Of a stretch of DNA of 64,000 nucleotides, positions 24,595 through 38,548 are shown piece after piece (the stretch's first letter is position 1; every line of letters begins with the position of its first letter). The notes under the pieces were generated by a model. That model did not search any database. It saw nothing but the letters and a program-made list of their open reading frames with translations, and was not told the DNA's origin. Location of the stretch: the NCBI GenBank assembly GCA_028534125.1, contig CM052818.1, positions 9,364,001 to 9,428,000 of the forward strand. The letters run 5' to 3'. This stretch comes from Lama glama (lineage: Eukaryota). The position numbers and the translations under genes were made by a program.

Positions 24595-26545
24595 CTTTAC
24601 TTTTGGTTTTATTGAGTTACATACCTTGGAACTCACCCATTGAAACTGTACAACTCAATGGCTTTCAGTGTATTCACAGAATTATTCAGTCTTCACTACA
24701 GTCAATTTTAGAATATTCATCACCTCAAAAAGAAGCCCTGCATCTTTTAAGTATCTAATTCTCTGTCGTCCCAGCCCTAAGCAACAATCTTCCTTCTCTA
24801 TGTATTTGCCTATTTGAACCTTTTATATAAATGGAATTATATTGTCTTTTGTGACTGACTGACTTTCAGTGAGCACATTTTTAGGATTCATCCATGTTGG
24901 AGCATGTATCAATACTTCATTCCTTTCTGTGGCTGAATAATATGCCATTGTATGAACATGAACATACCACATTTTGTTAATCCACTCATCAGTTGATGGA
25001 CATTTGGATTGTTTTCTATCTTTTGGCTATTGTGAGTAATGCTTCTCTGAGCATTTGTGTAAAAGTTTTTCATGGACTTAATTTGCATTTCTGACAGGTA
25101 TATATTTAGGAGTGGAATTACTGGGTCAAATGATAACTCATTTTTACTTTTTCAAAAAACAGTCAGACTATTTTCCAAAGTGCTGCAAAATATTATATTC
25201 CTTTCAGCAGTGTATGAGGGTTCCAGTTCCTGGACATCCTCACCAACACTTGTTATTTTGACTGTTCTAGCCATCCTAGTGAGTGTAAAGTGATATCTCA
25301 TTGTGGTTTTGATTTACATTTCCCTGCTGAATAATGATGATGAATATCTTTTCATATACTCATTTGTCATTTATACATACCTTCTTTGGAGGAATACCCA
25401 TTCAGATCCCTTGCTCACTTTTTAATTGGGTTACTTATTTTTTATTACTGAGTTATAAGAGTCCTTTATATATTCTAGACATAAGTCCCTTATCAAATAA
25501 ATGATTAGCAATTTTTTTTCTCCCATACTGTGGATTGTCTTTTCACTTCATCAGTAGTGTTCTTTGAAGCACAGAAGTTTTTAATGTTGACAAAGTTCAA
25601 TTTATTTCTTTTGTTGCTTCTGCTTTTGGTGTCATATCTATTGTCAGAATCCATTGCTGAATCCAAAAGCATGAAGATTTACCCCCTGTGTTTTCTTCTA
25701 AGAGTTTTATAGTTTTGGTTCTTATGTTTAGATCTTTGATCCATTTTTGAGTCAATTTTTTGTACATGATGTGAGCTGAGGGTCCGACTTCATTCTTTTG
25801 CATGAGGCTATTCAGTTGTTTTAGCACTATTTGTAGAAAAAGACATTTCCCATTGAGTGGTCTTGGCACGTTTGTTGGAAATCAGTTGACCATGGATACC
25901 TGGATTTGTTTCTGGGCTCTCATTTTGGTTCCATTGATTTATATATCTGTCCTTCTGCCAGTACTACACTGTCTTGATTACTGTAGCTTTGTAGTAAGAT
26001 TTGAAATTGGAAAGTATGAATCTTTGTTCTTTTTGAAAATTGTTTGGCTGTTCTGGGTCTCCTGAGATTCTATGTGAATTTTAGGATCAGCTTGCCAATT
26101 TCTTCGAATAAGCCAGCTGGGATTCTGATAGGGTGTGGTAAATTTATAGATAAAGCTGAAGAGTATTACTATTTTAATAATATTAGGTCTTTTGATCCAT
26201 GAACATGGGATGTCTTTCCCTGTATTTAGATCATCTTTAACATTTTTCAACAGTGTTTTGTGGTTTACAGGGTGTAAGTTTTGCATCTCTTCTTATTAAA
26301 TACATTCCCAAGAATTTGTCTTTTTGATGCTATTTCAAATGACATTGCTTTCTAAGTTTAATTTTTGCATTGCTTGTTGCTAGTGTATAGAAGTACAGTT
26401 GATCTTGTATATTGATCTTGTATCTTGCATTCTTGTTAAACTTGTTTATTAATTTTCTTTAGGGAGTCTTTAGGATTTATACAAGATCATGTCACCTGTG
26501 AATAGAAAGTTTCACTTCTTTTCAATTGGGATACCTTTTATTTCA
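24595..26545 (-). mobile_element. Antisense L1 (L1MB-like) 3'UTR and ORF2 fragment
   Basis: Minus-strand ORF2 motifs (KWIKDLNIRTKTIKLLEEN; KDIPCSWIKRPNIIKI). Confidence 0.9.
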
Positions 26546-26588
26546 TGTAATTCTTTATTAATAAAGCTGTATCTTCATTTGGCTCCAT

Positions 26589-27739
26589 CAGTGGTTCTCA
26601 AAGTTTGATATGTGGACCCTGGATGTTCCAGAGAGCCTTTCAAGGGGTCTGAGAGGTAAGAAATCATTCATAGTGCAAGGGTGTGGTGGATTAAACTCCT
26701 GGTCACATTGCAGAAAATAAGGCAGTGGCACTAAGTAGTTAATGTAATCTTTACTGCCACACACATGCTATTTAAAAACAGTTGATGCCTTTGAAGCAAT
26801 GAAAATTTTATTAAATCTCAGAAGCTTGTGTACATGTCTTTAATATTCTGTGATGAAATGAGAAACGCATATAAGCATTTCTTCTGTATACTGCAGTATG
26901 ATGGTTGTATTAAGAAAGTGCAATCATGTGATTGAGTTATAAGTTAAACCAACTGCTTTTTTCATTAAACACCATTTTTATTTGAAAGAATGATTTACTC
27001 AGAGGTTATCCAGATTTGGGTATTTGGCGGGCATTTTCTGGAATGAATGAGGCAAGCATGTCACTTCAAAGAAGACTGGCAGTATTAGTTGCCAGTAATA
27101 AAACTGAGCTTTCAAGAAAAATTTACAGTTTGGAAAACTTGTACTGTCACTGTGAATTTGACAGCTGCCCAGTACTTACAAATTTTTAATGAATTTGATG
27201 GGAATATTGATGATAGAATTTTTTGTATTGTCTATTCAGAGAACAAAATGGATGAATTTTAATGTAACAGTACCAATAAGGTTTTAGATTTCACATTGCA
27301 GCTTATCCATAAGAAGATAACACTCTGAGTTTTGGTGTAATAACAAAGAAGAATACCCAAAATTATCTGACAAGGCTATTAAAATACTCTTTCCATTTCC
27401 ATGTTCAGACCTTTTAAGGACGGTTTTTTTTTTTACATGCTTCACCAAAAGTACATGGCAACACATAGAATGCAGAAGTAATTAATGAGAATCCAACTGT
27501 TTTCTATTAAGCCAGATCCTAAAGATATTTTCAAAAATTTAAAACAGCACCAGTCAAATCACTGATTTGTTAAAATGGAAAACGTAATAATTTGTCATAA
27601 ACTGATGAGCAAATAATTAAACGTTTTTGAGTTTTAATTTAGAACACAATAAATATTGATAAACATAAATCACCTTTTTTTAAGTCTTCAGTTTTTAAGT
27701 GTGTAAAGTAGATTGAAAAACAAAATTTGAGGACTGCTG
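26589..27739. mobile_element. Charlie1-like hAT DNA transposon
   Basis: Termini CAGTGGTTCTCAAAGT... and ...TTTGAGGACTGCTG. Internal GATTTGGGTATTTGGCGGGCATTTT (LGYLAxIF, transposase-like). Confidence 0.8.
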
Positions 27740-28154
27740 AGCTGCATAATCTTAAAATTTTCCCATTCTTCTTCGTTATTCAGGGTTTTGTTACTCTAAT
27801 CTCTTAAGAATGGAGATTACTCAAGGTTTAGTCCTTTGCTGTGTATATTATGAAGAAGTCGAATTAAGGATTCAATGTATTCCCATGACTTCATTATCTT
27901 TCAGACACTTTGAGAGTGTTTCTAACCCTGACCAATTTTCCAAGTGTCAGTCTAATGTTCTTAACTTAGGTCTAGAGGTTTCTACTTAAATATCATTCTT
28001 TGTCCTCAGATTCAACAAAAGTAAAACTGAGTCCTTCATCTTGTACTCATTTATTTTCTTGCTTGCTTTTTTACCTGAATCTTGGTTAACTGTGAATTTC
28101 TCACAGTGGAAGTTACTTCAGTATTTGTTCTACTTTCCAGACCTTAGAATAGTA

Positions 28155-28310
28155 CCTCTGAAACTTTAATGTATATATGAATCGCCTGGAGATTTTCTTT
28201 AAAATTCAGATTAACTCAAGCAGTTTGAAGTTTTTCTTGAAATTGTTCCTTCTAACAGCTTCCAGATGATGCTGATGATGTTGGTCCTTAGAACACACTT
28301 TCAGTAGCAG
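28155..28310. mobile_element. MER5-like MITE
   Basis: CTGAAACTTTAATGTATATATGAATCGCCTGGAG...GATGCTGATGATGTTGGTCC...CACACTTTCAGTAGCA. Confidence 0.65.
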
Positions 28311-28694
28311 AGCCTTAGAATACTTTAATTCTATTTATTCTGCTCCTGTCTTTTATACTCCTATTGTAGTCTTTTTTAATTACTTTTGTTTTTAAAGTTC
28401 TAGAAGACATTATTATTATAAAGTCAATATTCATTTAGATTTACCCACATTTACCCTTTCTTTTATTCTCCATTCTCTATTACATCTCTGGGCTTTCATA
28501 AGGGATCATTTTTCTTTTAGCATTTCCTATAGTGTGATTCTCCTGTGGATGATCTTTTCCAGGATTTACTTGTCTTTTTGAAATGAAGATAAAATGTTTT
28601 CAGGCAAACAAACACTGAAATAGGATTTTCAATTAGATTGGCAGGTACTATTTATTGCTTCTTTCAATAAGTCATTCCACTTTTTAGTATTTAA

Positions 28695-28814
28695 TTTTTT
28701 TTGGAAGGGAGAATTAGGTTTATTTATTTATGTTTAGAGAGGGTACTGGGGATTGAACCCAGGACCTCATGCATGCTAAGCATGTACTCTACCACTTGAG
28801 CTATACCCTTCCCC
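28695..28814 (-). mobile_element. Vic-1-type SINE
   Basis: Consensus match. Confidence 0.88.
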
Positions 28815-29351
28815 AGGTTATTCCATTTAAAAAATTTTTTTTGGCTTAAATAGTTAATACTGAGAAGTCAGCCATCAGTTTTACTACTGCTTCTTCAAAG
28901 GTAAGTTTTTTATTTATCTGTCTGATTTTAAGACTCTTGTCTTAGGTCTTCAGTTTTACTGTGATAAGTCTACATCTGTTTTTGTATTTATTTGCTTGGG
29001 AGTCATTCTTGAATCTGGTTTGAGTTTTGAAAAATTAGTTTCGTATTCATTATCTCTTCAAATGTAGGTCCTGCCTCATGCTTTCATAGTCTTTTGGAAC
29101 TCCGTATATCTTTCATTATCTTCCTTGTCTCTTTAGCTCTCTTCTATATTTTCCATTCTTTTGTCTTTTGTGTCTCTCTACTTCAGACTAGATGCTTATT
29201 TTTGACCTATCTTCTTTATCTTAATCCTCTCTTAAATTCTATGTAATCTAATATTAAAGCCATCTTTTGAGATCTTCATTCCAGTTACTGTATATTTTAA
29301 CTGTAAAGCTTTTAGTTCTCACATTTCAGTATTTTAAAATTTTGCTGAAAT

Positions 29352-29466
29352 TATTTTTTTTCTTTTTCTTTCTTTCTTTCTTTTTTTTAATGGAGGTACA
29401 GGAGATTGAATCCAGGACCTCATGTGTGCTAAGCATGTGCTCTGCCACTGAGCTATATCTCTCCCC
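29352..29466 (-). mobile_element. Vic-1-type SINE
   Basis: Consensus match, with flanking CTGAAATT duplication. Confidence 0.87.
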
Positions 29467-30195
29467 CTGAAATTCTTGATCTTAACATCTAATATCTTGA
29501 ACATATTTACTACTGTTAAGTTCAGGTCTGATAACTACAATATCTGATTTTTTGTCTTACTATTTTTTTTTTTTCACTCTTTGTTTTTGATTCTGTGGTT
29601 TATGGTCTTGTTTTTTGGTATGTTTGGTAATTTTTTTATTTTATTATAGAAAAACTAAAACATACAGAGTCATGTGTAGAAGTATAAGAAAGTTCATGGC
29701 AATGATAGTTATGAACCAGCAACCCAATCAGTAATTGCCAACTTAGACAATTTTGTTTCATTTCTATCCTATCCATTCTCTTTCCCCCACCCATTGGATG
29801 ACTTTCAGGTAAATTCAGATATCATATGTTACCTGTATATAAATTTCAACATAGTTCTAAAAGACATAGTTTAGAAATACATAACCATAATATCCTTAAA
29901 ACTATAAAATTGAGTAATTTCTTAATACAAAATATCTAGTGGTCAAATTTCCCTCATACTCTAAGTTAAAAAAAATTGTTTTTAGAATTTGTATCAAGAT
30001 TCAGATGAGATCTACTGAAGTTACTGATTTTTTTAAAAAAAATTTGGAATCATTGATGTGTAATTTGTATGCAATAAGCTGCATCTATCTTCAGTGTATG
30101 GTTCCATTCATCTTGACAAAACGTGTACACCTATGTAAGCACCACCACAGTTGAATATTATCACCAACCTACCATCCTTGTAACTGCTGATGTGC

Positions 30196-33100
30196 TTTTT
30201 TTCCCCAGCTTTGTTGAGATATAATTGACATATAACATTGTGTAAGTTTAAAGTGTATAACATGATGAGTTGTTGCATGTGTATATTACAAAATGATTAC
30301 CCCAATAAAGTTAGTTAAAATATCCATCACCTCACATAATTACCTTTTTTGGGGGTGGTGGTGAAAACATTAAGATTTATTCTCTTAGCAACTTTAAAGT
30401 ATGTAATGCAGTGTTGTTAATTATGGTCACCATGCTGTCATCATGGTCCCAAGAACTTAATCATCTTATAATTGCAAGTTGGTACCCTTTGACCAATATC
30501 TTTCCATTTCTCCCACCCCCTACTCCTCTGGCAGTTACCATTTTATTCTTTTTTATGAGTTCAGCTTTTTTAGATTTCACATGTAATTGGGACCATACAG
30601 TATTTATCTTTCTCTGACTAACTTCACTTAGCATAATTTCCTCAAGGCCCATCCATGTTGTCACAGATGGCTAAATTTATTCCATTGTGTATATGTACCA
30701 CATCTCCCTTATCCATTCATCCCTGGACACTTAGGTTGCTTCTGTTCCTTGGCTCTTTATTGTACATATTGCTGCATTGAACATGGGCGTATGGATATCT
30801 CTTTGAGATAGTAATCCACTTCCTTTGGATATTTTGAGATAGTAATCCGTTTCATTTGGATATGTACCCATAGGTGGGAGTGTAAGATTATGTAGTGGTT
30901 CTATTTTGCATTTTTTCAGGAATTTTTTATACTGTTTTGCACTGTGGCTGTACCAATTTATATTCTCACTTAACAGTGCATCAGGGTTCCCTTTTCTCCA
31001 CATCATCACAAATACTTGTTATCATTTGTCTTTTTGATAATGGGCATTCTAACACATGGTGAGGTGATAGCTCATTGTAGTTAATTTGTATTTACCTAAT
31101 GATTAGTGATGTTGAACATCTTTTATGCACCTATTGACTATCTATGTTGTCTTTGGAAGAATGTCTATTAATGTCCTTTGGAATTTTTTAATTGTTTTTG
31201 TTTTGCTATTGAGGTGTATGAGTTTCTTATGTATTTTGGTTATCAAAAACCTTTTAAATATTTTGGGAATCAACCTTTATAAGTGGTTTGCAAATATTTT
31301 CTTCCATTTCATAGATTGGTTGTTTCTTTTGCTGTGCAGAAGCTTCTTAAGTTTGATGTAGTACTACCTGTATATTTTTGTTTTTGTTGCTTGTGCTTTT
31401 GGTTGTTATAGCAAAAAAATCATTGCCAAGACCAATGTCAAGGAGTTTTTCCACTATGTGTTTGGTTTCAGGTCTTAACTTTGAATCTTTAATCCATTTT
31501 GAGTTAATTTTTGTGTATGGTGTTACGTAAGGGCCCAGTTTCATTCTGTGGATAGCTCAACACTATATTGAAGACTCTTTCCCTATTGAATATTCTTGGC
31601 TCACTTGCCAAATTTATTAGTAAGCATTTATGCATGGGTTTATTTCTGACCTTTTCATTCTGTTCCATTGGTCTCTGTGTCTTTTTGTGCCAGTACTGTA
31701 CAGTTTTGATTATTATTATTTTGTAATGTAATTTGAAATCAGGAAATGTGATGCCTCCAGCTTTGTTCTTTCTCAGGATTGCTTTGACTGTTTGGAGTCT
31801 TTTTTGGTTTCATGTGAATTTTAGGGTTCTTTTTTCTATTTCTGTGAAAAATGCAATTGGAATTTTGGAGGATTGCATTGAATCTTTAAATGGTTTTGGG
31901 TAGTATGGACATTCTAGCAATATTCTTCTGATTATGAACACAAAGTATCTTTCCATTTATTTGTGTCTTTAGTTTCTTTCATCATTGTCTTAAGTTTTCA
32001 ATGTACAGATCTTTTTCACCTTCTTCCTTAGGTTTATTCTTAAGTATTTTATTGTTGTTGATGTTGTAAATGGGATTGTCTTCTTTCTTTTTAGGATAGC
32101 TCATTGTTAGTGTATTAAAATGTAACTGACTTTTGTATGTTGTTACTGTATTCTGCAACTTTACTGAACTTATGTATTCTAACATTTTTTTGTTTTGGGG
32201 ACAGTCTTTAGGACTTTCTCCACGTGAGATCATGTCATCTGCGAACATGATACTCATCCAAGGGATGAATCCCACTTGATGATGGTTTATAATCCTTTTA
32301 GTTTGCTGTTGAATTTGGTTTGTTAATATTTTGTTGAAAAACTTTTGCGTGTATGTTCATCAGGGATATTGGCCTGTAGTTTTTTTTTTTTTTTTTTTTC
32401 CTTTTAGCCTTATTGGGCTTTGCTATCAGAACAATTCTGACCTTTACTGTAAAAATGAGTTTGGGAGTGTTCCCTTTTCAGTTTTTTTTGAAGAATCTGA
32501 AAAGGCTTGGTGTTAATTATTCTTTATATGTTTGGTAGAATTCACCAGTGAAGTCATCTGATCTTTGGCTTTTCTTTGTTGGAAAGTTTTTGATTACTAA
32601 TTTGGTTCTCTAACTCATTATTGGTCTGTTCACATTTTCTATTTCTTTTTCTAGGTCGTCTAATTTGTCATCTTATAATTATTTATAGTAGTCTCTAATA
32701 CCTCACTTGTCTTTCATTTTTGATTTAACTTTTCTCTTTTTTTTCTTAGTCTAGCTAAAGATTTGTCCTTATTTTTATCATCTCACAGAACCGGCTGTTA
32801 GTTTCATTGATTTCTTTTTCTTTTCTATTTTCCTAGTTTTTATTTCATTTATTTCTGCTCTGATATTTGTTATTTCCTCCTTTCTGCTAACTTTGGGCTT
32901 AGTTTGTTCTTTCTCTAGTTTCTTGAGGTATAAAAGTTAGGTTGTTTATTTGAGAGGGTCCCCCCCCCCTTATTGTACCATTTATCACTGTAAGTTTCCC
33001 TCTTAGGACTATGTTTGCTGTGTTCCCTAAGTTTTGGTATATTGTGTTTCCACTTCTGTTTGTCTCAAGATATTTTTTGATTTCTCTTTTGACTACTTTG

Positions 33101-35875
33101 GTTGTTCAGAAGTGTGTTGTTTAATGTCCATGTATTTGGATTTTCCAGCTTTCCTTCTGTTACTGATTTCTATTTGATATCACTGTGCTTGGGAAAGATA
33201 CTTGATATGATTTCTGTGTTCTTAAATTTGCTAAGACTTGTTTTGTGACCTAACTTATGACCTGGAGAATGCTTCATGTGCACTTGAAGAGAATATGTGT
33301 TCTGCTGATGTTGAGTGGAATGTTCTGTTAGGCCCATTTGTTGTATAGTTCTAGTTCAGTGTTTCCTTATTTTCTGTCTGATACATCCATTGCTGAAAGT
33401 AGGATATTGAAGTTCCTTAATATTATTGTATTATTATCTCTTTCTTTCTTCAGATCTGGTAGTATTGGCTTAATATATTTAGATACACTGATGTTGGCTG
33501 TATGTATATTTACTATTTTTGTATCCTCTTAATGAACTGCCCCATTTATTATTGTATAATGACTTTCTTTGTCTCTTGTTACAATCTTTAGTTTAAAGTG
33601 TATTTTGTGGGATATAAATGTAGCTACCTCTTCTTTCTGTTTGCATTTGCTTGGAACGTGTCTTTCCATCTCTTCACTTTGAGTCTGTGTGTGTAAAGTT
33701 GTAATGAGTATCTTTCAGGCCACATTTAGTTGGATCTTTTTTTTTTTTTTTTAAATCCATGCAGCCAGGCAGTGCCTTTGATTGGAGAATTTAATTTATT
33801 CACATTTAGAGTGATTATTGATAGGTAACGACTGGCTACGGCCATTTTATTGTTTATTGGCTGTTTTTTAATTTCATTTTTCCTTTCTTTCTCTCACTGT
33901 TTTTTGTGAACTGATGATTTTCCTAGTGGTATGCTTTGATTTCTTTTCCTGTCTTTTGTATATTTACTACAGATTTTTGCTTTGAGATTACCATGAAACT
34001 TGCGTAAAACATCTTGTAATTGTCCATTTTAAGCTGTTAACAACTTCAATCCATGCAATAGACTCTGTCCTTCTGTCTCAGAGTCCCAATTTTTGTTTTT
34101 GATGTCACAGTTTATGTCTTTTTATATTGCATATCCATTAACAAATTATTTTAGCTGTACTTACTTTTAGTAGTTTGTTTTCTAGCCTTTATTCTTGAGT
34201 TAACTGATTGACATGCCACCATATTACAGTAAGACTATCCTAAATTTGACTGTATACTACCTTTACAATGTGTTACATTTTCATGTACTAATTAGCATCC
34301 TTTCCTTTCAATTTGAAGAATTTCTGTCAGTAATTATTTTAAGGCTGGTGTACTGATGATAAACCCTATCAGTTTTTGTTTGTTTGGGAAAGTCTTTCTC
34401 CTTCATTTTTGAAGGACAACTTTTCTGGGTAAGGTATTCCTGATTGGCTTTTTCTTTTGGCACTTTGAATATATCATCCCATTCTTTCTGGGCTTGTAAG
34501 ATTTCTGCTGAGAAATCCACGAATAGCCTTGTGAGGGGGTTCCTTTGTGAGGATTTTTTTTCCCCTCTTTTATATAGTTTCATTATAATGTGTATTGGAG
34601 AAGTTTGGTTTTTTTTTTTTTTTTTGAGTTAAATTTTTTGGGGAACTGTGAGCTTCATGAACTTGGATGTCCAAATATCTTTACAAATTTGGAGAGTTTT
34701 CAGCTATTTCTTTAAACTTTTGCTCCTTTTCTCTTTTTTCTTTCTGGAATTTCAGTAATGCATAGATTGTTTCTCTTAATTGTATTCCATAGATTCTGTG
34801 GGCTTCCTTTATTCTTTTTCATTTTGTTTTCTTTGTTCTCCTCTGAGTGGATAGTTTGAATTGACCTGTCTTCTAGAATCTTTCTTCTGCTTTCTCAAGT
34901 CTACTGTTGAGTATCCCTGTCGTATTTTTATTTCATTCATTGTATTATTCAGCTCCAGAATTTCTACTTGGTTCTCTTCTGTGGTTTCTCTTTTTTTAAC
35001 TTCTCATATTATTTGTGTACTTTTTATTTCACTAATTGTCTTTCTATGTTTTCTTGTAGCTCACTGAGCTTCCTGAAAACACTATTTTGAATTATTTATT
35101 GAACAGATTGCAGATCTCCATTTCTTTGGGGTTGATTACTGGAAAACTATTGTGTTCCTTTTGTGATTTAATGTGATCTTTATTTTTAATGTTCCATGAT
35201 GTCTTGATTTGCTGTTTCAGCGTTTGCAGTCATCTCCTCTAGTTTTTACTGACTGGCTTTGGGAGAGACATATCTTTTGTTAGCCCTGTTAGGGATTCTG
35301 AGGGTTCCTCAGACCTTTTCTGTGGCTATGCTTGCTCTTCATTTCTTGTTCTCTTTTGGGGCTTAATTCTTAAGGTTGTATGCCCTCTCCTGATCACGGA
35401 CAGCTGGATTGAGTGCTAATAGCCCCCCATTTGCTTTCTCTACAGTGGTGCTGAATTCTCAAGTTTGTGTGCTTTCTCCCACTTACTCATTAACTGTTTG
35501 TGAAGGCTTGCTCATGCTGCCCTTAGGAGTGCAGGTAGGAAGCCATCCACAGGTGGATGTATGTGTGAGTGAGGTACGTGGAGAGTTGGGAGTGCCTCTT
35601 CGGAATTTGGGGTATCCTCAGATAAGATTTCTCCTGGCACTGTGCTGTACTGTCTTCAGGGGAAGGTTGTTACAGATAAAGTGAAACTGCTCCTTTACTC
35701 TCTTCAGTGTTTCCAGTCTTGGATTTTGTGTGTGTGTGTGTGCGCTGGAACTTCTCTGCTGTACTCTCAGACTTCCACAAAGGCACTGACTTGTTACTCA
35801 TGGGTGATTGTCATATCAGTGTTCTTTGGAAGGATTACAGTGGAAAACTTCTATTTTGATATCCTCACTCTCTAC
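30196..35875 (-). mobile_element. Long antisense L1 (L1MA-like) with 3'UTR, deleted and decayed ORF2, ORF1 and a 5' region
   Basis: 3' end at ~30200. ORF2 motifs ([19 protein letters not shown]). ORF1 motif (RLFVDFSAEILQAQKEWDDIFKV, ORF 34308-34583). Many stops and internal deletions. Confidence 0.9.
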
Positions 35876-36242
35876 TGGTGTGTGTTACACGACCCAAACT
35901 AAGATTTGTTTTTTGTATATTTTTGTTAGAATGGAAATAAACTTTATGTACTATTTGTATCTGGCATTTTTTTGTCTTATATCATTGTAAGTTCTGTGTT
36001 GCTTATTAGTGTGTCAGTAGTCTGTTGGTTTTTATAGCTGAATAGAATTCCATGTGTAGATACATTATGATTTTTTTTTAATCAGTCCACTCTTTGGACA
36101 CTTGGTTTGTTTCTGATTTGAAGCCTTTTGAAAAATTTGTTTTGCTTAATTTGCTTTTTGTTTTTGGTTTTCTGCTTGGACTAATTCTATAGATTCTGCC
36201 TGCCCTGCCACTTGTACCTCTGATGTGTTCTTTTAAAAAATA

Positions 36243-36246
<4 letters not shown>

Positions 36247-36289
<43 letters not shown>
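36247..36289. repeat. (TG)n microsatellite, ~20 units
   Basis: Perfect dinucleotide run seen directly. Confidence 0.97.
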
Positions 36290-36291
<2 letters not shown>

Positions 36292-37673
36292 TAATATATG
36301 TGTTACATTATTATATATACATACACACACATAATCCTTTTTTTTTCTTATTTTAAGGATAGCTTTCTAGGAGTCATTCCTCATTTAGGATACCTTAGTG
36401 GTTTGCTTCTTAAGACTGTTTTAATCTCTAGGTACCTATTCCTCCTTTTTTTCCCCCTTACTGGTTATTTTTTGAAGAAACTGCTGATTCCATGGATCAT
36501 TTAGCCCACAGAGGTTTTTCATTCTGGATGTTGCTTATTGTATCCTTGTGGAATTATTTAACTTGTTTCTGTCTCCTCTATTTCTGTACTTTGATTATTA
36601 GATTTAGAAGCTTGATCAGATTTAGATTAGATTTCTTGGGAAGACTGTATTATATTCTTCCATCAGAGAGCAAATAATGTCATGTTGTTGCTTTTTTTGT
36701 AATACTGGCAGCCATCATCTAGATGTTGTATTTCATTACCAGTTGCAAAATGGTGATATTCTAATCCTATCATTTTACTTTATTAGCTGGATTATCTGTA
36801 TAAGGAGAAACTTCCTTTTATTAACTGTTTAGTACCTTGAATTACCATTATTACAAGAAGGCAGGATAACTGTCTGATTTTTCCCTTCTGATTACCACTT
36901 TTCAAACAGTGAGTTCTTTAACATTTGATCAGTGATCAGTCTTTTTTCTTTTTTGAGGATCATCATTAAATTATATAATTAAAAATGTTTTTACCTTTAT
37001 TCATCTAACTTTCAGGGGATTATTTCATATCAGCTCATAAATAGCATCTTCCCCTCACCCCTCATCCCTTTTTCTGATGCATAGTTTTCCACTGTCAGGA
37101 TGAATTTAACTTGTCTTATGTTCTAGACATTTGGGTTGCTTCCAGCTGTCTGGTATTATGAACAGTGCTGTGTTGAATATCATTGACCATTATTTTGGAT
37201 GAGAAAAAATGTGTAGGAAAAGATGCTTAATAATAGAGGATCAGTATATTTTTGATAAATATTGTCAAGTTGTTTTTACTGATGTATGAAAGTGCTTGAG
37301 TTTGTTTTCTCTTGCGTTTATAAACACTAGGTGTTATTTAAACTTCTTGCAAACTTGGTAAGAAAAATACAGCATTTCAGTAGTATGTTTGAGCCACACA
37401 TGTATCATTTTTTCTTCTTTTATTGGCCCATTTTTCCTTCATTTTTTTCCCCTAACCTTTTTGTTTGAGCTTAGAGAGACTACCCTTTTGCAAAGACTTT
37501 TCCTAGTTTGTAGTTCTTTGAAGTTTGCCTTTTTGTTGTTTTTGCCTATAAACTTTAAACTTTATATATGATCAAATATATGATTCAGAACAATTTAAGA
37601 ATGCCGTTCTTTATTTCTGCCATCTTCTATGTTGTTGCCTAGTATTTCTGTTGACTTTTAAAAGTCCCAAACT

Positions 37674-38228
37674 ACAGATGGTCTCTGACTTAGGATGGTT
37701 TGGCTTACAATTTTTCAACTTTATGATGGTGAGAAATTACCATGCATTTGCTAGAAACCATAACTTGAATTTTGAATTTTGGTCTTTCCTGGGCTAGCCA
37801 TATGGGTATGATATTCTTGGGTGATGGTAGGCAGCAGTAGTAAGCTATAGCTCCTAGTCAACCTCATAATCATGAAGGTAAGTAACTGATACACTTAACA
37901 ACCATTCTGTACCCATACAACCATTCTGTTTTTTCACTTTCAGTATAGTACTTAAATCACATGAGATATCCAACACTTTATTATAAAACAGACTTAAAAA
38001 AAAAGACATAAATGAACTTATTTACAAAACAGAAACAGACTTAGACATAGAAAACAAACTTACAGTTACCAGTGGGTAAAGTGGGTAGGAAGGGATAAAT
38101 GGGGAGCTCAAGGTTTGCAGATACTAACTACTGTATATAAAATAGATAAACAACAAGTTTCTTCTGTATAGCACAGAGAACTATATTCAATATCTTGTAG
38201 AAACTATAATGAAAAAGAATATGAAAAG

Positions 38229-38272
<44 letters not shown>

Positions 38273-38548
38273 CTGAAGTATTACTCTGTACACCGGAAAT
38301 TGACAAAACATTGTAAACTGACTATACTTCAATTAAAAAATATGAAATAAATAAAACAGGCTTTGTGTTAAATGATTTTGCCCAACTGTAGGCTAATCTA
38401 AGTGTCCAGAACATGTTTAAGGTAGGCTAGGCTAAGCTATGGTGGGGTTGGTAGGTTAGGTGTGATAAATACATTTTCAGCTTAAGGTATTTTCAGCTTA
38501 TAATGGATTTATTGGGACATAATCCCGATGTAAATTGAGGAGGATCTG
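37674..38548 (-). mobile_element. MER47/Tigger5-type DNA transposon interrupted by an L1
   Basis: TA-flanked termini TA|CAGATGGTCTCTGACTTA and ...GAGGAGGATCTG|TA. Internal GGTAGGCTAGGCTAAGCTAT. Confidence 0.8.
37996..38350 (+). mobile_element. Young L1 3' end nested in MER47, containing (TA)n at ~38231-38270
   Basis: L1 3'UTR. TSD ATAAAACAG(A/G)CTT at 37983-37995 and 38351-38363. Confidence 0.88.
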
